Of a DNA stretch of 31,930 nucleotides, positions 15,395 to 23,370 are shown piece by piece. Position 1 is the first letter of the stretch; every line of letters begins with the position of its first letter. This DNA comes from a virus. Its lineage: Duplodnaviria > Heunggongvirae > Uroviricota > Caudoviricetes. The stretch spans positions 1-31,930 of IMG/VR virus record IMGVR_UViG_2565956721_000004. The stretch is one strand, 5' to 3'. The notes beneath the pieces were generated by a model. It saw only the letters and a list, made by a program, of their open reading frames with translations, was not told where the DNA came from and did not search any database. The translations under genes were made by a program, and so were the position numbers.

Positions 15395-17151
15395 TGGCAA
15401 AAGTGGCTGACGGGATCCGCTACGCCGAACGTGTTGTTGCAGGAGAAATTGTTGCTGGCGAATTTGTCCGCCTGGCCTGCCAGCGTTTTCTTGATGATCT
15501 GAAGTACGGCGAAAAGCGGGGGATTTATTTCAGTGAACCCCGTGCGCAGCACATCCTGAATTTCTACAAATTTGTGCCTCATGTAAAAGGGGCACTGGCA
15601 GGCCAGCCCATTGAGTTGATGGACTGGCATGTATTTATCCTCATTAATATTTTTGGTTTTGTCATTCCGCTGGTCAATGAAGAAACCGGGGAAGTTGTCA
15701 TGCGCAGCGATGGCAGCGGACGTCCGGTGATGGTGCGCCGGTTCCGGACGGCGTACAACGAAGTCGCCCGTAAAAACGCAAAATCAACACTGTCATCGGG
15801 TATCGGCCTGTATATGACGGGGGCAGATAGTGAAGGCGGAGCTGAGGTGTATTCAGCCGCAACCACGCGTGACCAGGCCAGAATCGTGTTTGAAGACGCC
15901 AAAAATATGGTCAGAAAAGCCCGGTCGACACTCGGGCGGTTGTTTGATTTCAACAAGCTGGCGATTTACCAGGAGCAGAGCGCATCAAAATTTGAACCGC
16001 TTTCCTCGGATGCAAACAACCTGGACGGTCTGAACATCCACTGCGCCATTATTGATGAGCTGCATGCACATAAAACCCGCGACGTGTGGGACGTTCTGGA
16101 AACGGCAACCGGTGCCCGTCTGCAGTCCCTGTTATTTGGTATCACCACGGCTGGCTTTAACAAGGAAGGGATTTGTTACGAGCAGCGTGATTACGCCATC
16201 AAGGTATTGCGAGGCTATAACAGCGACGTGGAGGGCGCTGTAAAAGACGACTCTTACTTTGCGATCATTTACACGCTTGATGAGGGAGATGATCCGTTTG
16301 ATGAAACGGTCTGGCAGAAAGCGAATCCTGGCCTGGGCATCTGTAAACGCTGGGATGATCTGCGTCGTCTGGCGAAAAAAGCGAAGGAGCAGGTCTCTGC
16401 GCGGGTGAATTTTTTTACCAAACACATGAATGTGTGGGTCACTGCCGAATCTGCCTGGATGGATATGATTAAGTGGGAGAAGTGCGAATACATTGCTCCA
16501 CAACATGAGCTGAAAACATATCCCATGTGGGTCGGCGTCGACCTTGCTCATAAGATTGATATCTGTGCGGCGGCAAAACTCTGGCGAACCGATAACGGAC
16601 ATGTTCATGCTGATTTTAAATTCTGGCTTCCGGAAGGACGGCTGGAACGATGCTCGCGGCAGCAGGCAGAACTTTACCGGAAGTGGGCGGAGATGGATAA
16701 GCTCATCCTGACGGATGGTGATGTTATCGATCATGCTCAGATAAAAAGTGACTTACTGGAATGGATTGGCGGTGAAAACCTCAGGGAACTGGGATTTGAC
16801 CCGTGGAGCGCAATGCAGTTCAGCCTGGCACTGGCTGAAGAAGGGATACCGCTGGTGGAGGTTCCGCAGACGGTCCGCAATCTGTCAGAGGCCATGAAGG
16901 AAACGGAATCACTGGTTTATGCCGGGCGTTTCCATCACAGCAATCATCCGGTCATGAACTGGATGATGTCTAACGTTACTGTAAAACCGGACAAAAACGA
17001 CAACATCTTCCCGAATAAATCCACGCCGGAAGCCAAAATCGACGGCCCTGTTGCGCTTTTTACAGCCATGAGCCGCTTTCTGGTAAATGGAGGGGGCGTG
17101 AATGACTTTCTGTCCACGCTTGATCCTGATGAGGACCTGTTAATTCTGTGA
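15394..17151 (+). CDS. Terminase large subunit (ATPase + nuclease)
   Basis: 585 aa; ATGA overlap with the small subunit; nuclease-region acidic motifs (e.g. AIIDELHAH); immediately precedes the portal. Confidence 0.9.
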   Translation: MAKVADGIRYAERVVAGEIVAGEFVRLACQRFLDDLKYGEKRGIYFSEPRAQHILNFYKFVPHVKGALAGQPIELMDWHVFILINIFGFVIPLVNEETGEVVMRSDGSGRPVMVRRFRTAYNEVARKNAKSTLSSGIGLYMTGADSEGGAEVYSAATTRDQARIVFEDAKNMVRKARSTLGRLFDFNKLAIYQEQSASKFEPLSSDANNLDGLNIHCAIIDELHAHKTRDVWDVLETATGARLQSLLFGITTAGFNKEGICYEQRDYAIKVLRGYNSDVEGAVKDDSYFAIIYTLDEGDDPFDETVWQKANPGLGICKRWDDLRRLAKKAKEQVSARVNFFTKHMNVWVTAESAWMDMIKWEKCEYIAPQHELKTYPMWVGVDLAHKIDICAAAKLWRTDNGHVHADFKFWLPEGRLERCSRQQAELYRKWAEMDKLILTDGDVIDHAQIKSDLLEWIGGENLRELGFDPWSAMQFSLALAEEGIPLVEVPQTVRNLSEAMKETESLVYAGRFHHSNHPVMNWMMSNVTVKPDKNDNIFPNKSTPEAKIDGPVALFTAMSRFLVNGGGVNDFLSTLDPDEDLLIL

Positions 17152-17309
17152 AACAGCTTATTACTGATATGACCGGGCTGATCGGTTTCGGTTTGCTCAC
17201 TGCTGGCGTTTATCTGTATGCAGGTCTGCCAGCGTCTCTGATGCTGTCGGGCTGTTTGTTGCTGCTTTATGCACTGGTGGTGTCCATGAGGAGAAAACAT
17301 GCTTCTTGA
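17148..17309 (+). CDS. Possible small membrane protein (53 aa) between terminase and portal
   Basis: GTG overlapping terminase stop; translation VKQLITDMTGLIGFGLLTAGVYLYAGLPASLMLSGCLLLLYALVVSMRRKHAS has two hydrophobic segments; below the track cutoff; no RBS evidence. Confidence 0.3.
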   Translation: MKQLITDMTGLIGFGLLTAGVYLYAGLPASLMLSGCLLLLYALVVSMRRKHAS

Positions 17310-18525
17310 TGCTCTGTTTCGCAGTGAGCCTCTGGAAAATCCCTCGGTTCCGGTAACCGGAGAGGCCGCTGAGACGGATAATATTTTTGCCCGGGATGTG
17401 TATGTCAGTCCGGAAACATCCATGAAGCTGGCTGCTGTCTATGCCTGTATTTATGTTATTTCATCCAGTGTGGCTCAGATGCCCCTGCATGTGATGCGAA
17501 AAACGAATGAGCATGTTCAGCCGGCACGCGATCATCCGTTGTTCTGGCTCGTTCATGATGAACCTAATGCCTGGCAGACCAGCTATAAGTGGCGGGAACT
17601 GAAGCAGCGTCATGTGCTGGGGTGGGGCAATGGTTATACGTGGGTAAAACGTAATCGTCGTGGAGAGGTTACCAGCCTTGAATGCTGTATGCCATGGGAA
17701 ACCACGTTACTTAACACCGGTGGGCGTCATACTTACGGGGTGTATAACGAAGAGGGTGCATTTGCGGTAAGTCCGGACGACATGATCCATATCAGGGCGC
17801 TGGGAAACAATCAGAAAATGGGACTGAGCCCGATCATGCAGCATGCTGAAACCATTGGTATGGGAATGAGTGGCCAGCAGTATACCAGCGCCTTTTTTAA
17901 CGGTAATGCCCGTCCTGCCGGTATTATTTCTGTGAAAAATGAACTGAACGAACAAAGCTGGGGCAGGCTTAAAAATATGTGGCAGCGGGCGGTGACAGCG
18001 CTTCGCAGCCAGGAAAATAAAACCATGTTGCTGCCTGCGCAACTGGATTACCGCGCTCTGACAGTTTCTCCGGTGGATGCTCAGATCATTGATATGACCA
18101 AGCTGAACCGGTCGATGATTGCCGGGATTTTTAATGTCCCGGCGCACATGATTAATGACCTGGAAAAAGCCACATTTTCGAATATTACGCAGCAGGCGAT
18201 TCAGTTTGTTCGCTACACGATGATGCCCTGGGTTGCGAACTGGGAGCAGGAGCTTAACCGTCGCCTGTTTACCCGTACAGAACGGGCTGCCGGGTATTAC
18301 GTTCGTTTCAACCTCACGGGGTTGCTCCGTGGGACCCCACAGGAGCGTGCGCAGTTCTATCACTTTGCCATTACAGATGGCTGGATGAGTCGGAATGAAG
18401 CCAGGGCATTTGAGGATATGAACCCGGTTGACGGTCTGGATGAAATGCTGGTCAGCGTAAATGCAGCAAATCCGTTGAATAACTTTAAAGATACGAAAGG
18501 CAAAGAGGAAAAGAACGATGAATGA
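17299..18525 (+). CDS. Portal protein (HK97 family)
   Basis: 408 aa, GAGGAG RBS; standard position between terminase and prohead protease. Confidence 0.85.
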   Translation: MLLDALFRSEPLENPSVPVTGEAAETDNIFARDVYVSPETSMKLAAVYACIYVISSSVAQMPLHVMRKTNEHVQPARDHPLFWLVHDEPNAWQTSYKWRELKQRHVLGWGNGYTWVKRNRRGEVTSLECCMPWETTLLNTGGRHTYGVYNEEGAFAVSPDDMIHIRALGNNQKMGLSPIMQHAETIGMGMSGQQYTSAFFNGNARPAGIISVKNELNEQSWGRLKNMWQRAVTALRSQENKTMLLPAQLDYRALTVSPVDAQIIDMTKLNRSMIAGIFNVPAHMINDLEKATFSNITQQAIQFVRYTMMPWVANWEQELNRRLFTRTERAAGYYVRFNLTGLLRGTPQERAQFYHFAITDGWMSRNEARAFEDMNPVDGLDEMLVSVNAANPLNNFKDTKGKEEKNDE

Positions 18526-19117
18526 CCGTGAAACGCGCTGTTACAGCGGGGAGGTGCGGGCGGAACAATATGATAATGCCCCGACCCACATTCTGGGGTA
18601 TGGCTCGGTATTTAACAGTCGTTCAGAACCTCTGTGGGGATTTCGTGAAATCATCAAGCCGGGGGCTTTTGATGATGTACTGAATGATGATGTACGTGGC
18701 TTGTTTAATCATGATCCTAATTTCATTCTCGGACGAAGTTCTGCCGGCACGTTGTCATTGTCGGTGGATGAACGCGGTTTACGTTATGACATTGTTGCAC
18801 CGGATACTCCGACTATTTGTGACCTGGTGCTGTCTCCAATGTTGCGTGGTGACATTAATCAGTCCTCGTTCGCGTTTCGTGTCGCCCGTGACGGAGAGAG
18901 CTGGTATGAAGACGACGAGGGGATTGTTATCCGGGAAATCACGCGCATTTCTCGTCTGTATGACGTCAGCCCGGTGACATATCCGGCCTATCAGGACGCA
19001 GACTCTGGTGTCCGCTCAATGAAAGCCTGGCAGGAAGCGCGGGCGAGTGGTGCGCTGAAGAAAGCTGTTAACGAACGAATGGCGCGTGAGCGTCTTTTGA
19101 CTCTTCTTAATGCATAA
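18518..19117 (+). CDS. Prohead protease (HK97 family)
   Basis: 199 aa, overlaps the portal stop; precedes the major capsid gene. Confidence 0.85.
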   Translation: MNDRETRCYSGEVRAEQYDNAPTHILGYGSVFNSRSEPLWGFREIIKPGAFDDVLNDDVRGLFNHDPNFILGRSSAGTLSLSVDERGLRYDIVAPDTPTICDLVLSPMLRGDINQSSFAFRVARDGESWYEDDEGIVIREITRISRLYDVSPVTYPAYQDADSGVRSMKAWQEARASGALKKAVNERMARERLLTLLNA

Positions 19118-19131
19118 GGATACTACTGACG

Positions 19132-20349
19132 ATGAAACTTCATGAGATGAAGCAAAAACGAAACACCATTGCAAAGGATATGCGTGCACTGCATGAAAAA
19201 ATTGGTGATAACGCATGGACTGATGAGCAACGGGCAGAGTGGAACAGGGCGAAAGCTGAGCTGGATGCGCTGGATGAGCAAATCGCCCGTGAAGAAGAGT
19301 TGCGCCGTCAGGATCAGGCATATGTGGATGAGTCCGGGCCGGAAGAGCGCCAGAATAATGAGGCGGAGAACGGGAAAAAGGCGGTGGAAGAGAAGCGCGC
19401 TGCGGCATTTAACCGTTTTCTGCGTGCCGGATTTGCAGAACTGAATGCTGAAGAGCGTAATCTGATGCGTGAACTGCGGGCTCAGAGTGTAACAACGGAT
19501 TCTCAGGGCGGATATACGGTGCCCACGCAGATGCGTAACAAAATCATTGACACCATGAAGGCTTATGGCGGGATTGCCAGTGTGGCGCAACTTCTGACCA
19601 CATCAACCGGGCAGGATATCACCTGGTCAACGTCTGATGGCACGACTGAAGAGGGCGAACTGCTGGCGGAAAATACAGCCGCAACGGAACAGGATGTGAC
19701 GTTCGGGACCGCTATTCTGGGGGCTAAAAAGCTGTCATCAAAAATAATTCGTGTGTCCAATGAGCTGCTCCAGGACAGTGGGGTGGATATTGAATCTTAT
19801 CTGGCAAACCGTATTGCCCAGCGTATTGGTCGTGGAGAGGCAAAATATCTGGTTCAGGGGACCGGAACGGGATCACCGTTACAGCCAAAAGGGCTGGCAG
19901 CGTCGGTGACGGGAACCATCCAGACTGCAGCCTCTGCCGCTTTCACCTGGAAAGAAATGAATGCCCTGAAACATGCCATTGATCCGGCATATCGTGGTGG
20001 GCCGAAATACCGCTGGGCATTCAATGATGCCACATTGCAGACTATTGAAGAGATGGAGGATGGGCAGAAACGCCCGTTATGGCTGCCGGATATTGCAGGC
20101 GGTACGCCGGCTACTGTGCTGGGGATCCCTTATGTTATTGATCAGGCTATTGACGGGATTGGTACCGGAAAAAAATTCATTTTCCTGGGGGATTTCAACC
20201 GCTTTATCATTCGCCGCGTTACTTATATGGAACTGAAACGTCTGGTTGAGCGTTATGCTGAGTTTGATCAGGTGGCATTTCTGGCTTTCCATCGTTTTGA
20301 CTGTGTGCTGGAAGATGTGGCAGCCATCAAGGCGCTCACTGGCAAATAA
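19132..20349 (+). CDS. Major capsid protein (HK97 fold, with N-terminal coiled-coil delta domain)
   Basis: 405 aa; N-terminal charged coiled coil followed by a capsid-like body; followed by a strong terminator. Confidence 0.85.
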   Translation: MKLHEMKQKRNTIAKDMRALHEKIGDNAWTDEQRAEWNRAKAELDALDEQIAREEELRRQDQAYVDESGPEERQNNEAENGKKAVEEKRAAAFNRFLRAGFAELNAEERNLMRELRAQSVTTDSQGGYTVPTQMRNKIIDTMKAYGGIASVAQLLTTSTGQDITWSTSDGTTEEGELLAENTAATEQDVTFGTAILGAKKLSSKIIRVSNELLQDSGVDIESYLANRIAQRIGRGEAKYLVQGTGTGSPLQPKGLAASVTGTIQTAASAAFTWKEMNALKHAIDPAYRGGPKYRWAFNDATLQTIEEMEDGQKRPLWLPDIAGGTPATVLGIPYVIDQAIDGIGTGKKFIFLGDFNRFIIRRVTYMELKRLVERYAEFDQVAFLAFHRFDCVLEDVAAIKALTGK

Positions 20350-20370
20350 CCACTCGTTGTTCAGTTACAG

Positions 20371-20392
20371 ACCGCGCCGACGCGGTTTTTTT
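20371..20392 (+). terminator. Intrinsic terminator ACCGCG-CCGA-CGCGGT + T7 after capsid gene
   Basis: Read directly. Confidence 0.6.
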
Positions 20393-20425
20393 ATGCCCGC
20401 ACAGTGTTGCGGGCAGGAGTTTCTG

Positions 20426-20743
20426 ATGGCAGCAATAGTGGAAAAACTCAGGGCGCAGTGCCGTATTGATACAGATGATGCAACTGATGATGAGTTACTG
20501 ATGCTGTATTTCCGGGCTGCCTGCCGCAAGGCAGAAAATTTTATCAACCGTAAGCTTTATGAGGAGACGGTGCCGGAAGGTGATCCTGAAGGGGTGCTTA
20601 TAGCTGATGATGTTTTGCTGGCGCTCATGTTGCTGGTCGGGCACTGGTACGAAAACCGGGAAAATTCCTCAGATGTCAGCAAGGCACCAGTCCCGTTTGG
20701 TTTTTCTTCTCTGCTGGAGCCTTATCGTTTTATTCCTTTGTAG
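20426..20743 (+). CDS. Head-tail connector / DNA-packaging protein (gp6-like)
   Basis: ATG 20426 with CAGGAG RBS downstream of the terminator; the track ORF 20246-20743 extends upstream across the terminator and is trimmed. Confidence 0.7.
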   Translation: MAAIVEKLRAQCRIDTDDATDDELLMLYFRAACRKAENFINRKLYEETVPEGDPEGVLIADDVLLALMLLVGHWYENRENSSDVSKAPVPFGFSSLLEPYRFIPL

Positions 20744-20751
20744 GAGGAGAC

Positions 20752-21090
20752 ATGCAGGCGGGCAGATTACGTGATCGCGTAATTATTCTGAATGTCACCA
20801 CCGCCCGCTCTCCGTCAGGGCATCCGGTGGAGACGGTGACGGAGGGAGCTACCGTATGGGCAGAAGTTAAGGGTATCAGCGGGAGGGAGATAATCTCAGG
20901 CGGAGCAGAAACCGCTCAGGCTACGGTCAGAGTCTGGATGAGATTCCGGCGCGATGTGACAGCGACTTCACGTCTGAAAGTGCTGACCGGTGCATTTAAA
21001 GGGGCCATTCTGGGTATAGAAGGTCCACCAATACCGGATGCACGCGCTACCCGGCTTGAAATACTCTGCAGCCTGAAGGGGAATGTGTGA
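20752..21090 (+). CDS. Head closure / head-tail adaptor protein
   Basis: 112 aa, AGGAGGA RBS; position in the head-completion block. Confidence 0.65.
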   Translation: MQAGRLRDRVIILNVTTARSPSGHPVETVTEGATVWAEVKGISGREIISGGAETAQATVRVWMRFRRDVTATSRLKVLTGAFKGAILGIEGPPIPDARATRLEILCSLKGNV

Positions 21091-21536
21091 TGGATTTCAG
21101 TCTTGATTTTTCCGGCCTGGCGGATATTGCACGGGATCTGGAGACGCTCAGCAGGGCAGAAAACAATAAGGTTCTGCGCGATGCCACCCGTGCCGGTGCT
21201 GAAGTTATGCGGGATGCAGTTGTTGAACGTGCGCCGGAGCGAACCGGGAAACTGAAGAAAAATGTGGTTGTTCTCACTCAGCGTTCAAAGCGTCGGGGGG
21301 AAATTATCTCGGGTGTCCACATTCGCGGACGGAACCTGCGAACCGGAAACAGTGATAACAGCATGAAAGCCAGCGATCCCCGAAATGCATTTTACTGGCG
21401 CTTTGTGGAGCTGGGAACGATAAACATGCCCGCGCATCCATTCATTCGCCCGGCTTTCGATACGACAGAGGAACTGGCAGCACGGATTGCCATACAGCGA
21501 ATGAATCAGGCTATTGATGAGGTCTTAAGTAAATGA
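21087..21536 (+). CDS. HK97 gp10-family tail-attachment protein
   Basis: 149 aa, start overlapping the previous stop. Confidence 0.6.
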   Translation: MMDFSLDFSGLADIARDLETLSRAENNKVLRDATRAGAEVMRDAVVERAPERTGKLKKNVVVLTQRSKRRGEIISGVHIRGRNLRTGNSDNSMKASDPRNAFYWRFVELGTINMPAHPFIRPAFDTTEELAARIAIQRMNQAIDEVLSK

Positions 21537-21877
21537 GAGAGGCCACACTGTATTCCCTGTTGTCTCAGCTGGCCGGAGGACAGGTTTATCCTTATGTGGT
21601 CCCACTGACGGAGGGAAAGCCTGCGGTATCTCCGCCGTGGCTGGTGTTTTCTGTGGTGTCTGACACGGCATCTGATGTGCTTGATGGGCAGGCTGAATCC
21701 AGAATTACCGTGCAGATCGATGTCTGGGCGACAGTACCTGATGACGCAGATAATATTCGTGAGCAGGCGCTTGATGCGGTAAGAAAACTGGCACCCTCCG
21801 TTATTTCTAAAACGCAGGGTTATGATCCTGACTCCCGTCTGAGCAGAGCCACGCTTGAATTTCAGGTAATAGCCTGA
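21533..21877 (+). CDS. Tail completion protein (DUF3168-like)
   Basis: 114 aa, overlapping start; last gene before the major tail protein. Confidence 0.6.
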   Translation: MREATLYSLLSQLAGGQVYPYVVPLTEGKPAVSPPWLVFSVVSDTASDVLDGQAESRITVQIDVWATVPDDADNIREQALDAVRKLAPSVISKTQGYDPDSRLSRATLEFQVIA

Positions 21878-21898
21878 GGTCATTAATGATTTTACCCA

Positions 21899-21920
21899 CC
21901 CGCCGCTGGCGGGTTTTTTT
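21899..21920 (+). terminator. Intrinsic terminator CCCGCC-GCT-GGCGGG + T7
   Basis: Read directly. Confidence 0.55.
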
Positions 21921-21937
21921 ATTTTCAGGAGACGAGT

Positions 21938-22642
21938 ATGTCCTCTAATTTTGAGCGTTCGCAACTGACGAAAATTATGATTTCGTCTGCACCGGTAACA
22001 GCAGAAACCCTGGATTCTGCCAGCTATCTTGGCCTGAGCTGTACAATCAAAGAGGTGCAGTTTACCGCAGGACAAAAGCAGGATATTGATGTCACCACGC
22101 TGTGTTCTGTTGAGCAGGAAAATATTAACGGTCTTGGTGCCGCGTCAGAGATTTCCATGTCAGGCAACTTTTATCTGAATGCTGCCCAGAACGCGTTGCG
22201 CAGTGCCTATGACAATGACACCACGTATGGCTTTAAAGTTATTTTTCCGTCAGGCAACGGATTTACCTTTATGGCAGAGGTGCGTCAGCATACCTGGTCT
22301 GCAGGAACCAATGGTGTTGTGGCTGCAACGTTTTCCTTGCGCCTGAAAGGTAAACCTGTGCTGACGACAGAGCCGCTGAAAGTGAAGGCCGATTTAAAAA
22401 GCACGCTGCGGGTTGCTTCCGGAGCGAAACTTGAAATGGCGGTTGAGGCTGCGGGTGGTGTGCCGCCTTATTCTTATGTCTGGAAGAAAGGTGGTTCTCC
22501 TGTTTCCGGACAGACGGCGGCAACGTTCAGTAAGGCATCGGCAGTATCCGGTGATGCGGGTGCATATACCTGCGAGATTTCTGATTCAGCAAGCCCGGTT
22601 AACAAAGTGACCTCCACTTCCTGCACTGTAACCGTCAGTTAA
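21938..22642 (+). CDS. Major tail protein (lambda V-like) with C-terminal Ig-like domain
   Basis: 234 aa; C-terminal region with the G/T/S-rich beta pattern of Big_2-type domains; followed by the G/GT chaperone pair. Confidence 0.8.
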   Translation: MSSNFERSQLTKIMISSAPVTAETLDSASYLGLSCTIKEVQFTAGQKQDIDVTTLCSVEQENINGLGAASEISMSGNFYLNAAQNALRSAYDNDTTYGFKVIFPSGNGFTFMAEVRQHTWSAGTNGVVAATFSLRLKGKPVLTTEPLKVKADLKSTLRVASGAKLEMAVEAAGGVPPYSYVWKKGGSPVSGQTAATFSKASAVSGDAGAYTCEISDSASPVNKVTSTSCTVTVS

Positions 22643-22656
22643 TGAGGATGGATGTG

Positions 22657-23028
22657 ATGACTAAAAATATCCGTAATCTGGCACTGGCAACGATGTCGGG
22701 GTTTCGCCATAAAACCGTTGATGTGCCTGAATGGGAGGGAGCAACGGTTGTGTTACGGGAACCTTCTGCAGAAGCCTGGTTGCGCTGGCAGGAGATCGTT
22801 AAAGCAAAAGATGATGAGACACCGTTATCCGTTGCGGAGCGCGCCCGCCGAAATCTGGAGGCAGATGTTGAACTGTTCATTGATGTTCTGTGTGATACCG
22901 GACTGCAACCCGTATTTTCAGAGGATGATCGTGAACAGGTGATTGCCGTGTATGGCCCGGTGCATGCGCGGCTTCTTCGGCAGTCTCTGGAACTGATCAG
23001 TGATGCCGGCGAGGTTAAAAAAAAGTAG
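22657..23028 (+). CDS. Tail assembly chaperone (lambda G-like)
   Basis: ATG 22657 with GAGGA RBS; ends ...GEVKKK* at the slippery run. Confidence 0.75.
   Translation: MTKNIRNLALATMSGFRHKTVDVPEWEGATVVLREPSAEAWLRWQEIVKAKDDETPLSVAERARRNLEADVELFIDVLCDTGLQPVFSEDDREQVIAVYGPVHARLLRQSLELISDAGEVKKK
23019..23025 (+). promoter_or_regulatory. Programmed -1 ribosomal frameshift heptamer A AAA AAG
   Basis: Heptamer read directly in the G frame, 1 codon before the G stop; the same slippery sequence as E. coli dnaX. Confidence 0.65.
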
Positions 23029-23330
23029 CGCTTCCGGGGATGCGTTTTCTGATGATGCTGGCGCTCAGGATGGGGCGCACATTGTCAGAGTTACGCCGGG
23101 AAATGTCCGCATCAGAAATCATGATGTGGGCAGAATTTGACAGGTTCAGCCCGCTGGGGGACGAACGGGCTGATATCCGGGCTGCCCAGATTGTTTCAGC
23201 TGTTTACGGTGCGCAGGGGGTCAAAGTGCCACTGAATGATGCGCTTCTTCAGTGGGAGAAGGAGCAGACAGAAGGCGTATCAGATCCATTTGCCGGACTG
23301 GAAAACGCGCTTTTAATAGTGTCTCAGTGA
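23019..23330 (+). CDS. T-part of G-T frameshift fusion (lambda GT-like tail assembly protein)
   Basis: The -1 frame is open from 23019 (preceded by TAA at 23016-23018) through the 96-aa ORF 23040-23330. Expression by a -1 shift at A-AAA-AAG is inferred. Confidence 0.7.
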   Translation, partial: KKVALPGMRFLMMLALRMGRTLSELRREMSASEIMMWAEFDRFSPLGDERADIRAAQIVSAVYGAQGVKVPLNDALLQWEKEQTEGVSDPFAGLENALLIVSQ

Positions 23331-23338
23331 GTCAACAT

Positions 23339-23360
23339 AACCGCTTCGGCGGTTTTTTTT
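23339..23360 (+). terminator. Hairpin CCGC-TTCG-GCGG + T8 between chaperone and tape-measure genes
   Basis: Read directly. Confidence 0.5.
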
Positions 23361-23370
23361 CGTCCGGAGA

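Noticed and set aside
16132-16734. 200-aa minus-strand ORF (plus 15199-15630, 15579-15956, 16944-17423)
   Set aside because: Antisense to the terminase large-subunit gene, which has clear motifs and translational coupling; treated as shadow ORFs.
17707-18363. 218-aa minus-strand ORF
   Set aside because: Antisense to the portal gene; no independent support.
20246-20425. Upstream extension of ORF 20246-20743
   Set aside because: Overlaps the 3' end of the major capsid gene and the terminator 20371-20392; the ATG at 20426 with CAGGAG RBS is the credible start.
21506-22075. 189-aa minus-strand ORF
   Set aside because: Antisense across the tail-completion and major-tail genes and across an intergenic terminator; Arg/Cys-rich, low-complexity translation typical of shadow frames.
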